Source: Pasteurella multocida | GTDB taxonomy: Bacteria > Pseudomonadota > Gammaproteobacteria > Enterobacterales > Pasteurellaceae | Direction: 5' to 3' | Length of the DNA stretch: 32,000 bases | NCBI RefSeq assembly: GCF_900187275.1 | Contig: NZ_LT906458.1 | Span: 300,001-332,000 of the forward strand | Part shown: positions 8,543 through 18,200 of the stretch, piece by piece | How positions within the stretch are numbered: the first letter of the stretch is position 1 | Layout of the letters: every line of letters begins with the position of its first letter | Notes under the pieces: model-generated | What the model was told of the DNA's origin: nothing | Database searches by the model: none | Seen by the model: the letters and a program-made list of their open reading frames with translations, nothing else | Program-made: the position numbers and the translations under genes

Positions 8543-9307
8543 TTACGCCTTTTGCATAAAAATAGTATAGAAACGGTAAGTGAAAACCAATGAGAAGACG
8601 GTTAAAAATGCAATTAACAAGGTAACGGCGATTTCTACGATTAAATTGGTTGCGATTGCTGCGAATTGGCGGATCACTACGGGTAATAAGAAATACACAA
8701 TCATGGAATATGAAAATAATGGGATAACCCGTTTGATCCCCGCCTTCCATGTTGTTTGGAATGATTGGATTAGACCCTCACGCGTGATTAGGTAATGTGT
8801 CGATGTTAAACAAAAACGGATGCACAGATAAAAACCGAATCCCACAGACAGTAAGGAAAACATCGAGGGTTGTGATTTCTTCACAGTTAATGAGAAAAAG
8901 ATTTCAGATAAACCAATAATAATTGGGGTGATTAATAGGATATTAATGATAAGGGCGCCGAAGAAACGCTGCAATGCTAAGCTAAAACTGGCATTGAGAG
9001 AAGGGTTACTTTGACTAATGTGATGGATAGAAATCAAGCACCATGCCGCAATGATAAAATCAATGATTTGGTGAAAAAAATATAAGGATATGCCATTGGG
9101 GGCAGGCGTGGAGATGCCTAAAACTTGGGCTAAATCGTCACTACTATTGCCTAGTGACATCACCTCAGTTGATGAAAAGCTACTTATCAATAAACTAATT
9201 AGAAAATTACTGAGAAAAAAAGCAAATACAAATGTGACAGTCGTTTGGCGCTGATTGCGCACAAAATTCCAGCTATCTTGAAAAATTTTTGTAAAATTAA
9301 TGGACAT
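8543..9307 (-). CDS. yciC: UPF0259 membrane protein YciC
   Basis: 254-aa polytopic membrane protein in the conserved yciC-yciB-yciA position, divergent from ompW. The call rests mainly on synteny and topology. Confidence 0.75.
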   Translation of the reverse strand: MSINFTKIFQDSWNFVRNQRQTTVTFVFAFFLSNFLISLLISSFSSTEVMSLGNSSDDLAQVLGISTPAPNGISLYFFHQIIDFIIAAWCLISIHHISQSNPSLNASFSLALQRFFGALIINILLITPIIIGLSEIFFSLTVKKSQPSMFSLLSVGFGFYLCIRFCLTSTHYLITREGLIQSFQTTWKAGIKRVIPLFSYSMIVYFLLPVVIRQFAAIATNLIVEIAVTLLIAFLTVFSLVFTYRFYTIFMQKA

Positions 9308-9465
9308 TTATAAACACTCATTTTAGGACAACAGATTGGCGCATTATACCGTTTTTTACGCCAAAATTCATACCAAATGTGCGTTTTTTTATTACGGATT
9401 CTTTTTGTTTAGCTTGGATGAAAAAAGAAACAATAAATACTATTTTTTAACAAAAATTTAAAAAC

Positions 9466-9479
9466 TTGATAAAGATCAG
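9466..9479 (+). promoter_or_regulatory. candidate FNR box TTGATaaagATCAG upstream of ompW
   Basis: 9/10 match to TTGAT-N4-ATCAA. The box centre (9472.5) lies about 41.5 nt upstream of the TSS predicted from a TATGTT -10 at 9502-9507, which is class II geometry. Confidence 0.5.
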
Positions 9480-9573
9480 TAAATCGCAGTTTGTGACATG
9501 GTATGTTAAATAAGCTAAAAAGACGTAATTTTTAGCGGATTTTTGACAATTTATAGACAGATGAGGTTTTGCA

Positions 9574-10188
9574 ATGAAAAAGACAGTATTAGCATTAGGT
9601 GTGATGGCAGCATTAGTTGCAGGTTCGGCAGTGGCACATCAAGCAGGTAGTGTGATTGTGCGAGGTGGTCCAATTTTAGTAGTGCCAAACGCGTCGACGA
9701 ATCATGATGTGTTTAAGTTTGATGTCAATTCCAACGCACAATTAGGATTAACCGCCACTTATATGGCAACAGATAATCTTGGTGTTGAGTTATTAGCGGC
9801 GACACCATTCAGCCATGAGATTACATTAGGCAATACCTTAGTTGGTAAAACGAAGCATTTACCGCCAAGTTTATATGCACAATATTATTTCTTAGACAAA
9901 GATGCGAAAGCTCGTCCTTATGTGGGGGCGGGTGTTAACTACACCACATTCTTTAGTGAAAAAGCGGTATTAAATGGCGTGACTGATCTGAAATTAAAAG
10001 ATTCTTGGGGACCTGCGTTCAATGCTGGGGTAGATATCCAAGTCGCAGATAACTTATTTTTAAATACGGCTATTTGGTATGCAAAAATCAAAAGTAAAGC
10101 CACATTTAAACTTGGTGATGTAGAGCATAAAGTCAATGTGAAATTAGATCCAACGGTGTTCTTTGTTGGCTTAGGTTATCGTTTTTAA
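9574..10188 (+). CDS. ompW: outer membrane protein W
   Basis: 204 aa with a signal peptide (AVA-HQAG) and an 8-strand small barrel ending in GLGYRF. GAGG Shine-Dalgarno. Synteny with yciCBA as in E. coli. Confidence 0.92.
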   Translation: MKKTVLALGVMAALVAGSAVAHQAGSVIVRGGPILVVPNASTNHDVFKFDVNSNAQLGLTATYMATDNLGVELLAATPFSHEITLGNTLVGKTKHLPPSLYAQYYFLDKDAKARPYVGAGVNYTTFFSEKAVLNGVTDLKLKDSWGPAFNAGVDIQVADNLFLNTAIWYAKIKSKATFKLGDVEHKVNVKLDPTVFFVGLGYRF

Positions 10189-10203
10189 ACCTGAAAATGA
10201 TAT

Positions 10204-10240
10204 AAAAAATAATGGGCAATATGATTTGCCCATTTTTTTG
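10204..10240. terminator. bidirectional terminator between convergent ompW and recN
   Basis: Stem AATGGGCAA (10211-10219) pairs with TTGCCCATT (10226-10234). An A-run lies upstream and a T7 run downstream. Confidence 0.85.
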
Positions 10241-10252
10241 TGGTGAAGTTTG

Positions 10253-11929
10253 TTAGGAAACGAGATCCAACATCTCTTGTGCATTTGCCAGCGCACTGTC
10301 AGTAATCTTACTACCACCCAACAATTTAGCTAATGCTTTTACGCGTTGTGCCGGCGAAAGTGCGGTCATTTTGGTTTCTGTTTTTTCGTCAATAATGTGT
10401 TTTTCTACACTAAAGTGTTGATGACCTTGGCAGGCGACTTGTGGTAAATGAGTGATACATAATACTTGGCAACGTTGTCCGAGTTTACGCAGTAATTTTC
10501 CGACGACACTGGCGGTGGCACCACTAATGCCTACATCTACTTCATCAAAAATTAAAGTTGGAATAGCGGATTTATCTGAGGTAAGCACTTGGATCGCCAG
10601 TGAAATACGGGAGAGTTCTCCACCTGAGGCGATTTTATTCAGCGGTTGCGCACTTTGCCCTAAGTTACTGCGTAAGTTAAATTGTATGCTGTTAATGCCA
10701 TGGCTTGTTATTTTGTCATGTTCAGGATTGAGTTCAATAAAAAACTCGGCATTTTCCATGGCTAATTGTTTAATGGATTTGCTAACTTGTTGCGCTAATT
10801 GATTGGCGCCTTGTTGGCGACTCTGATGTAACGCCAATGCACTCGCTTGGGCTTTCGCATAGGCGATTTGTTCTTGTGCAATTAAACGCTGTTCACTTTC
10901 AGAAAAATCGACTAATTGAGTCAATTCTTGCTGTAAAGTGCGGTGTAATTCAACTAAATTTTCAGGTTTGACATGATGCTTACGCGCAAGCTGTAGGGCT
11001 TGTCCCATGCGTTGCTCGATATCGTGCAGTAAAGCTGGATCTTGTTCTATATCGCTTGCGAGTTGCTGCATTTCATGACTTGCTTCTTGAATTTGGATCA
11101 AGGCGTCTTGCAATAGATGTGCGACATTGCTATAGCGTTGATCTAACTCACAGAGATCTGCAAGGTGTTGTGTTGCTCGATAAAGCAGAGAATCAATATT
11201 GACTGTCTCATTTTCACTTAATAGTTGCAGTGTAGATTGTGAAAGCGTGGTTAATTGTTCCGTGTTGGAAAGACGTTTATGTTCTTCTTCTAATTCTACA
11301 TATTCATTGTCACGCAAATTAAACGCATCCAGTTCTTCAACTTGATATTGCAGTAACTGCTTCTTCGCTTCATTTTCTGCCACTTGTTGTTTAAAAGTTT
11401 GTACTTGATATTGTAAGGCTTTCCAAGCTTGATAATCTGTTTGCATTTGGTTCAGAAGGGCAGTATGTCCACAGAATCGATCTAACAACTGTAGCTGGTA
11501 TTCTGGTTTGAGTAACAATTGGGAGGCATGTTGTCCATTAATATGGACAAGATATTGACCAAATTCTTTCAGCTGAGCTACTGAAACAGGAATCCCATTA
11601 ATAAAGGCTTTAGAGCGACCGTCATGGTTAATAAGACGACGCAAAATACATTCTTCAGGATTTTCCGTGTCGTGTAATTCCTGTTGTATTAACCATTGAC
11701 GCGCAGGGGCATTTTTCTCAAGAGCAAACGTCGCGCTAATATCCGCACGTTCTTGCCCTTCGCGTAGCATACTGATATCGGTACGCTGACCAAGACAAAC
11801 CCCTAATGCATCAAGCGCAATGGATTTTCCTGCACCAGTTTCACCTGTAATGACGGACATACCTTGCGTAAATTCAATATTCAAATGACGAACGATCGCA
11901 AAATGATTAATAGTGAGTTGAATAAGCAT
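10253..11929 (-). CDS. recN: DNA repair protein RecN (SMC-like ATPase)
   Basis: 558 aa with Walker A GETGAGKS, a long coiled-coil, the signature-like ASGGELSR and Walker B TLIFDEVD. A GGAG Shine-Dalgarno lies upstream. Confidence 0.97.
   Translation of the reverse strand: MLIQLTINHFAIVRHLNIEFTQGMSVITGETGAGKSIALDALGVCLGQRTDISMLREGQERADISATFALEKNAPARQWLIQQELHDTENPEECILRRLINHDGRSKAFINGIPVSVAQLKEFGQYLVHINGQHASQLLLKPEYQLQLLDRFCGHTALLNQMQTDYQAWKALQYQVQTFKQQVAENEAKKQLLQYQVEELDAFNLRDNEYVELEEEHKRLSNTEQLTTLSQSTLQLLSENETVNIDSLLYRATQHLADLCELDQRYSNVAHLLQDALIQIQEASHEMQQLASDIEQDPALLHDIEQRMGQALQLARKHHVKPENLVELHRTLQQELTQLVDFSESEQRLIAQEQIAYAKAQASALALHQSRQQGANQLAQQVSKSIKQLAMENAEFFIELNPEHDKITSHGINSIQFNLRSNLGQSAQPLNKIASGGELSRISLAIQVLTSDKSAIPTLIFDEVDVGISGATASVVGKLLRKLGQRCQVLCITHLPQVACQGHQHFSVEKHIIDEKTETKMTALSPAQRVKALAKLLGGSKITDSALANAQEMLDLVS
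10358..10366 (+). repeat. uptake signal sequence core AAGTGCGGT
   Basis: Exact 9-mer inside recN. Confidence 0.9.
10936..10944 (+). repeat. uptake signal sequence core AAGTGCGGT
   Basis: Exact 9-mer inside recN. Confidence 0.9.
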
Positions 11930-11943
11930 TGCAAAATCTCCAT

Positions 11944-11963
11944 TACTGTATATTTATCAGTTT
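11944..11963. promoter_or_regulatory. second, atypical LexA-box-like site (CTG-N9-CAG)
   Basis: TACTGTATATTTATCAGTTT has a perfect left half-site. The right-half CAG is one nt too close (9-nt instead of 10-nt spacer). It lies 2 nt from the canonical box. Confidence 0.35.
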
Positions 11964-11965
11964 AT

Positions 11966-11985
11966 AACTGTTTTTATATACAGTA
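11966..11985. promoter_or_regulatory. LexA (SOS) box overlapping the recN promoter
   Basis: The minus strand reads TACTGTATATAAAAACAGTT (CTG-N10-CAG). The plus-strand 20-mer matches 17/20 positions of TACTGTATATATATACAGTA, and the site is nearly identical to my recollection of E. coli recN box 1. It overlaps TATAAA (11978 to 11973), which pairs with TTAGCA (12000 to 11995) at 16-nt spacing. Confidence 0.8.
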
Positions 11986-12013
11986 AAGTGCTTTTGCTAA
12001 ATTTTAAGCATTT

Positions 12014-12931
12014 TTAAACAGAATTGCGTAGCCAGCCTAATTTGGAACTCAATACTTTATAGTAATTGTAATTTTTCAAATGTAGCAGACGCAGTTTATC
12101 AGGACTTTTTTGAATATGTACAATGTCATCTGGCGAGAATTCTAACGCCACTTGACTATCACAACCGACTTCTAATTGTGAGGTATTATATTCCGCGAAA
12201 CGAATGGAAATTTTGCTGTCGCCATCAATCACCAGTGGGCGAGAGGATAGGGTGTGAGGGAACATCGGCACCAGTGCAATAGCATTGAGCTGTGGCGTTA
12301 AAATAGGTCCCCCAGCAGAGAGTGAGTAGGCAGTCGAGCCTGTTGGTGTAGAAATAATTAAACCGTCTGAACGTTGTGAGAAGGCGAATTTATCATTGAT
12401 ATAAACATGAAAATCGATCATGTGGGCAATTTTAGCTGGGTGAACTACCGCTTCATTGACTGCATTTCCGCGCGCAATGATTTTTCCATTTCGTTCGACA
12501 CTGGCTTCTAAAATGAAACGTTCTTCTACAAAACAATCCCCGTCTTCTAAACAGGCTTGCAGTTGTGAATAGGCATTTTTCGGGTCGATATCCGTGAGAA
12601 AGCCTAAGTTGCCTCTATTGATACCAATTAACGCAATGTCATATTTAGCAAGGGTTCGAGCACGACCTAATACATTACCATCACCGCCAATCACAATGGC
12701 CAGTTGAGCCCGTTGTCCAATCTCATCCACAGAGGCTAAATAATTTTCACTCAAACCAAGTTGTTCACCAATTGGGCGCTCAACGAGCACCTGATAGCCT
12801 TTCTCAAGTAACCATTGAAAAAGATTTTTATGCATTTGTAAGGTTACATCATGGCGAGGTTTACCAAGTAACCCTATGATCTGAAAAGAAGATTGTAGCG
12901 CTTTAATATCAATGGTATTCGGGTGTTTCAT
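12014..12931 (-). CDS. nadK: NAD(+) kinase
   Basis: 305 aa with the GGDGN motif ([10 protein letters not shown]), [10 protein letters not shown] and [17 protein letters not shown]. It is divergent from grpE, as in E. coli. Confidence 0.95.
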   Translation of the reverse strand: MKHPNTIDIKALQSSFQIIGLLGKPRHDVTLQMHKNLFQWLLEKGYQVLVERPIGEQLGLSENYLASVDEIGQRAQLAIVIGGDGNVLGRARTLAKYDIALIGINRGNLGFLTDIDPKNAYSQLQACLEDGDCFVEERFILEASVERNGKIIARGNAVNEAVVHPAKIAHMIDFHVYINDKFAFSQRSDGLIISTPTGSTAYSLSAGGPILTPQLNAIALVPMFPHTLSSRPLVIDGDSKISIRFAEYNTSQLEVGCDSQVALEFSPDDIVHIQKSPDKLRLLHLKNYNYYKVLSSKLGWLRNSV

Positions 12932-12958
12932 GTCTTATTCCATCGGCTAAAAAAGATA

Positions 12959-12967
12959 ACCGCACTT
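12959..12967 (-). repeat. uptake signal sequence core (ACCGCACTT on the plus strand)
   Basis: Exact 9-mer in the nadK/grpE divergent spacer. Confidence 0.9.
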
Positions 12968-13052
12968 GAATTCAAAAAATTAGTCATTATATTACACACA
13001 AATCCTTTTATTTGTCAGCAAGTATCTATAGATAGGCTGACTTTTATATTTT

Positions 13053-13061
13053 TGTTAGAAT
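13053..13061 (+). promoter_or_regulatory. candidate extended -10 (TGtTAGAAT) for grpE
   Basis: TG at 13053-13054 and TAGAAT at 13056-13061, 33 nt upstream of the preferred grpE ATG. No good -35 was found. Confidence 0.35.
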
Positions 13062-13093
13062 GAGCCAACAGGTTTACATGAATGGAGAACGAG

Positions 13094-13687
13094 ATGTCAA
13101 ACAAAGAGCAACACATTGAAAAAGAAGAGCAACTTCAAGAAGAAAAACATGAGGAACAACAAAAAACCGAAGAAACAGAAGTTGAAGCTGTGAATGGGGT
13201 TGATCCTCTTGAAGAAGCCATTTTGCGGGTACAAGAATTAGAAGCACAGCTGACAGAAATGGTCAAAAAAGAACAGGATTTCTTACTGCGTAGTCGTGCT
13301 GAAATGGATAATATCCGCCGTCGTGCTGAGCAAGATGTGGAGAAAGCCCATAAGTTTGGATTAGAGAAATTCTCAAAAGATATTTTAAATACCATTGATA
13401 ATTTAGAGCGTGCTTTAGCGACGCCGGCAAACTTAGAAGATGAAAGTATTAAGTCATTGTTCGATGGCGTCGAATTGACTTTAAAAGAATTACTCGCCAC
13501 GGTTTCTCGCTTTGGGGTAGAGGCGGTTGGTGTAGTTGGTGAAACTTTCAACCCAGAAGTTCATCAAGCGATTTCGATGCAACCAATGGAAGGTTTTGAA
13601 ACCAACCAAATTACAGTTGTTTTACAAAAAGGGTATTTATTAAATGGACGAGTGATCCGCCCTGCCATGGTGATGGTTGCCGCTTAA
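13094..13687 (+). CDS. grpE: nucleotide exchange factor GrpE
   Basis: 197 aa from ATG 13094 (MSNKEQ...), preceded by GGAG at 6-nt spacing. The track start at 13082 lacks a Shine-Dalgarno. It has an acidic N-terminus and the conserved [15 protein letters not shown]...[14 protein letters not shown]. Confidence 0.92.
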   Translation: MSNKEQHIEKEEQLQEEKHEEQQKTEETEVEAVNGVDPLEEAILRVQELEAQLTEMVKKEQDFLLRSRAEMDNIRRRAEQDVEKAHKFGLEKFSKDILNTIDNLERALATPANLEDESIKSLFDGVELTLKELLATVSRFGVEAVGVVGETFNPEVHQAISMQPMEGFETNQITVVLQKGYLLNGRVIRPAMVMVAA

Positions 13688-13707
13688 GTTTTTATCCCTC
13701 ATCGTAT

Positions 13708-13745
13708 GCCCACTGATGAATATTGTTCATCGGTGGGCTTTTTTT
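13708..13745 (+). terminator. rho-independent terminator after grpE
   Basis: A 13-bp stem (one G-U pair), GCCCACTGATGAA with TTCATCGGTGGGC, followed by T7. Confidence 0.9.
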
Positions 13746-13867
13746 ATCCATTTTTTCTATTTTATATAGCGAAAAGGTATAAATAATCACTAAAAAAGGG
13801 TTGTTATTTATAAAGAATTCTCATTTAATTCATATCCGTCTATTTTATTTTTTGATTAGAGTACTTT

Positions 13868-15205
13868 ATGGTTATTAGCAATCTTATTATTTTCAGTTTA
13901 CTTTTAGTCTTACTGCGTGTGATTTATACCCGCACCCAAAAACTGGGTATAACAGTTTTGATTGGTCTTTTACTTGGGGTCATTTGCGGGGTGTTATTAC
14001 AACAGTTTGCAACCCCAATGGTGATTAAACCAACATTAGAATGGATTAATCTGGTTGGCAATGGCTATGTTCGTTTATTACAAATGATCGTGATGCCATT
14101 GGTTTTTGTGTCCATTCTGTCTGCGATAACGCGTTTAAATCAGGCTAGTGCTTTAGGAAAAATCAGCTTAAGTGTCATTTCGGTGTTATTGATCACCACC
14201 GCGATTGCCGCAGCGATCGGGATTGCAATGACTTATGCATTTGATTTAACGGCAGAAGGCTTGATTGCAGGGGAGAGAGAGCTTGCTGCACAAACGCATG
14301 TAGCAGGACGGGTTGAAAAAGTCAGTGAGCTAACGATTCCTTCTATGTTGCTTTCTTTTATTCCGAAAAATCCGTTTTTAGAGCTCACAGGGGCAAATCC
14401 AACCTCGATTATTAGTGTCGTGATTTTTGCTGCGTTATTGGGAATAGCGTCGTTAAGTTTAGCAAAAGAAGATCATGCACTTGGCGAACGTATTGCGCAA
14501 GGTGTAGATACCTTAAATAAATTGATCATGCGTTTAGTGCGTATGGTGATCCGTTTAACACCTTATGGTGTGTTTGCACTCATGTTGAAAATGGCGACCA
14601 CCTCAAAATGGGCAGATATTGTAAATCTAGGCACCTTTATTGTTGCTTCGTATGCGGCGATTTTCTTAATGTTTGTCGTACAGGGTCTGTTATTAGCCGT
14701 ATTCCGTGTGAATCCTTTTACCTATTTTAAGAAAGTCATGCCAACCTTGAGTTTCGCATTTACTTCGCGTTCAAGTGCGGCAACTTTACCGCTAAATATT
14801 GAAACGCAAACCAATAAACTAGGTAATAACAATGTGATTGCAAATTTTGCCGCGACTTTTGGTGCGACCATCGGACAAAATGGGTGTGCGGGGATTTACC
14901 CTGCCATGCTAGCGGTAATGGTGGCACCGACAGTGGGGATTGACCCTTTTAGTCTAGGTTATTTAGCTACCTTGATTTTAGTCGTCACGATTTCTTCGTT
15001 AGGGATTGCCGGTGTTGGCGGTGGTGCCACTTTTGCCGCCATTGTGGTGTTATCGACCTTAAATTTACCTCTTGCCTTAGTGGGTTTATTAATTTCGATT
15101 GAGCCATTGATTGATATGGGACGAACTGCTTTAAACGTGAATGGTTCGATGGTGGCGGGTACGATCACGAATCAACTGTTAGATAAAAAGACAGAAAAGG
15201 TATAA
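13868..15205 (+). CDS. tcyP: L-cystine transporter TcyP/YdjN (dicarboxylate/amino acid:cation symporter family)
   Basis: 445 aa, colinear with my recollection of E. coli YdjN (WINLVGNGYVRLLQMIVMPLVF, FIPKNPF..LTGANPTSIISVVIFAA, FTSRSSAATLPLN, GATIGQNGCAGIYPAMLAVMVAPTVGI, EPLIDMGRTALNVNGSM). Confidence 0.85.
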   Translation: MVISNLIIFSLLLVLLRVIYTRTQKLGITVLIGLLLGVICGVLLQQFATPMVIKPTLEWINLVGNGYVRLLQMIVMPLVFVSILSAITRLNQASALGKISLSVISVLLITTAIAAAIGIAMTYAFDLTAEGLIAGERELAAQTHVAGRVEKVSELTIPSMLLSFIPKNPFLELTGANPTSIISVVIFAALLGIASLSLAKEDHALGERIAQGVDTLNKLIMRLVRMVIRLTPYGVFALMLKMATTSKWADIVNLGTFIVASYAAIFLMFVVQGLLLAVFRVNPFTYFKKVMPTLSFAFTSRSSAATLPLNIETQTNKLGNNNVIANFAATFGATIGQNGCAGIYPAMLAVMVAPTVGIDPFSLGYLATLILVVTISSLGIAGVGGGATFAAIVVLSTLNLPLALVGLLISIEPLIDMGRTALNVNGSMVAGTITNQLLDKKTEKV

Positions 15206-15212
15206 AACAGAA

Positions 15213-15250
15213 AGAAAAAAGAGGTGGAAATCAATTCCACCTTCTTTTTT
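15213..15250. terminator. bidirectional terminator between convergent tcyP and the receptor pseudogene
   Basis: Stem AGGTGGAA (15222-15229) pairs with TTCCACCT (15235-15242). An A-run lies upstream and a T-run downstream. Confidence 0.85.
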
Positions 15251-15261
15251 ATCTTTATCGA

Positions 15262-18200
15262 TTAAAATGTCAGTTCTGCGTTTAATTTGAAATTACGACC
15301 TGGAGCATTAAATCGGTTAATACCTTCGCCGGTTTTTTTATCAATCATGTTACTTGTACCGAATGAGCGAATAGAGCGTGCTGAATCCCAAGTTAAATAC
15401 TTACGATTAGTTAAATTGTAAACACCAAATTGTAATGTTAAGTTTTTGATCGGTTTTGCGTACATCACCATATCTATCAAGGTGTAAGAATTACTACGCC
15501 ATTTCATCGAGCTATCAGTAATTGTTATTTCTTTATTGGCAGCAATTTCATCTGCTCGTTCGGTTTCCCAAAACATATTATATGTATCTTTTGCTTTTTT
15601 CTCACTCACATGAGTTAAGTAGATATCCAAACCAAATTTTCCACTTTTATGGTCATATCCCGCAGAGAAAACAGAGGTTTTGGGTTGAATGGCATTCATT
15701 GGGATATCACCATTAATGCGTCCGCGTTGGTAAGTAAATTTATAACCAAGCTTAAATCCTTCTAGTCTATACGTGAATACATCTAACTTTAACTTAGCAT
15801 TGATATCAAGCCCTGTCACTTTGGCATGCTGGCGATTGATATTTTGGTAAACACTGAATGGGACAAGTTTTGAATGACCGTGTAATTGTTTGTTCCCTAT
15901 AAATGCAAGATCAATAAAGTTGTCATATTTAGTATGGAACAAACTGGTGGTAATAAACCCCCACGGATTATGGAACGTCAATGCCACTTCTTTTGTTTTT
16001 GCGGTTTCTGCTTCAAGGTTTTTATTTGGGAGGATAGAGAAGTCGGGATGTTTAAAGGTTAAATAAATTTCCTCACCCGTTGGTGCTCTAAAGCCGTTAC
16101 TGTATTTTGCTTGAATTCTAAACCAAGAGAATGGATCAATGGTTGTTGTTAATGTATAAGAACTTGCTGAATACTTTTTAGGTTGAGCAATATGTTTCAT
16201 ATTGGCATTCGCATTGGCAACGCGAGCCGCTTCATTTTTTTCATCAGAAAAATTAGATGAATCAAATTTAGGTTCTGTTACATATAAATTTGTCACCATA
16301 TCAGACGGTACTTTAGGCGTTATTCCTGGAATGTATTCAGGTTGGTATTTGATTTGGTCATAGCGGTATGCTAAGCCAAAACCGAAATAATCATTGAGTC
16401 GAATATCATCCTCAAAATAGATCGCGTTTGTTGTTGCTTTAACGGGGATTAAGAATGAAAACACATTACTGTGATTACAAAGTGCGTTATAACGCCCATC
16501 ACTGCCGATTTTTTGTGAACAATCTGTTGGGTAAAGTGCCCACCATTTTACATTTAGTGCGCTTTGACCTGTGGTATTAACCATCGATTTAGTGGTTTTT
16601 GACCATAATCCACCGTAGGCGAGATTATGTTGGGTTTTCCCAAGCTCTAGGTATTTGGTTAAATCTAGATTGAGTTGTTTGGTATTTGTGATTAAATCGC
16701 GTTGTGTCCAAAGATTTTCAAGGTGACCTTTTACATTTGGTACAAATAAAATGGGTCCTGTTAGTTTGGTTACTGATTTATTATCTATTTCTTTAACTTT
16801 ATTAATTGTGGCAAATTCTTTATTTGGATCCACGTTAATTGATATATCTATAGGAGTACCATCGGGTTTAAATGCACCGATAGTTTTTTTATTACAATTA
16901 ATTGCCTTACAACTTAACTTAGTGTTACGTTCGGAAAGATAAATTTTTTGGTTATCTGAGATTAATTCTTTATCTTTGCCTAATAAATCGTATTTAGTAT
17001 TATTAATAAATAAATGGCGTTGTGGAGGAATTGTTTTCCCTCTTTTTAAGAAGTGTGCTTGGCATTTTGTATTATCTCCGTTTTGTAAGCTATCCCAACG
17101 GGAAACTTCGTTTTCACAGCTAATAGAAATAGGTTTTTCATATATAGTTTCTAACGATGAATCCCATGCTTCTTTTGCTCTATTCCAGCGATATTTATGC
17201 AGTCTATCTCTATTATTTTCATCGTAAGGTATAACCTCTAAGTCAACTAATTCCTTTTCACCTTGATTTTTTATTTCTGGACTATCATTGTATGTGACTA
17301 TTTTGTTATCCTCGCCAACTAACTTATTTTCTTCATTATATTTCATCCCCAGCGGGTTTCCCTGATCTGGGCATTTATCATTACCATGACAATAATCATC
17401 TGTTCTAGCCCTGGTATTAATATGTTGATTAGAATACGTGAGTTTTAAAGTGTCATAGAAAGGATTGGTTGAATAATTTTCATAGGTGAATGCGTAGTTT
17501 TTACGTTCGACTTTATCGTTTGTATGACGTAGTTCAACTTCATCATAGGTACGATATTGAGTATTAGGCTTTAAGGTATAAGAGAAATCATGTCCTTTTG
17601 ATGTATTGCGATAAATATCTGCCATTACGGAAAAACGATGGTTTTCATTTGGTTGAAAACCGACCTTTACCAAGGTGCTTTCAAGTGTTCGTAAATAAGG
17701 ATCCGCCTTCTCTCTTTTTCGTCCCTGAATACGTTCGTTATAAGATTTATACCCATACTTCATGCCCTTTTCGTGTTGTATTGACAACAAGCACATCAAG
17801 GCTCTTGAGTTTTCCTGCTAGTGTCAGGGTATTTAAATGTTGATTATCTGCAGAGCTATAACCTTTCTTATAAGAAACAAACCAGTTTTTATTGATAAGA
17901 AAGTCGCGCGCATCTTTGGTTTGGAAAACGACTGATCCTCCTAATGCACCGCTCCCCGTTTTGATTGAGTTAGCCCCTTTTTGAATATTGACTTGTTTTA
18001 AGGTTTCTAGTTCCACACCATTTCGGGTGTTATTGAAATTACCATACCCTTCAAATAATTCTTTGAAACCTTGAGAGGATAGTGTTTCTGCTTGATGAAG
18101 ACCATCTACCGTAATCGCAACACGGTTTTCATCAACACCACGAACGGCATAACCACTCGCACCAAAGCGTCCTGTTTCCACAACGGTCACCCCCGTTTCA

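Noticed and set aside
9492-9507. CRP half-site TGTGA upstream of ompW
   Set aside because: The right half (ATGTT) does not match TCACA. Only one half-site is present, and it overlaps the proposed -10.
10452-10802. 116-aa plus-strand ORF inside recN. Similar shadow ORFs occur at 23255-23647 in putP, 8394-8750 across yciB/yciC and 2579-2881 in hscA
   Set aside because: All are nested in, or out of frame with, confidently assigned genes. They lack Shine-Dalgarno/start context and family motifs.
12965-12994. Possible sigma32 heat-shock promoter for grpE (CTTGAA ... TCATTATAT)
   Set aside because: The -35-like CTTGAA is present. However, the only CAT-containing -10 candidate is about 10 nt away, against the 13-17 nt expected, and it lacks the CCCC run. 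CTTGAA also partly derives from the USS core. I cannot call a sigma32 promoter from this.
13135-13551. 138-aa minus-strand ORF inside grpE
   Set aside because: It is a Ser/Thr/Cys-rich low-complexity mirror of the Glu/Lys-rich grpE coding strand, with no start context. This is a typical antisense artefact.
14773-14781. Near-USS 8/9 matches: AAGTGCGGc at 14773, ACCGCACTg at 2095, AtGTGCGGT at 23957
   Set aside because: Each has one mismatch to the core. They were not counted as USS, to keep the tally strict.
16206-16226. Short GCATTG/GCATTC repeat encoding ANANAN inside the receptor gene
   Set aside because: It has only three in-frame hexamer units. That is too short, and in frame, so it cannot cause phase variation.
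17747-17799. Programmed +1 frameshift or phase-variable tract as the explanation for the split receptor gene
   Set aside because: There is no slippery or prfB-like motif with an internal Shine-Dalgarno. The only homopolymers here are A4 and G3, too short for efficient slipped-strand switching. A mutation or sequencing error is simpler.
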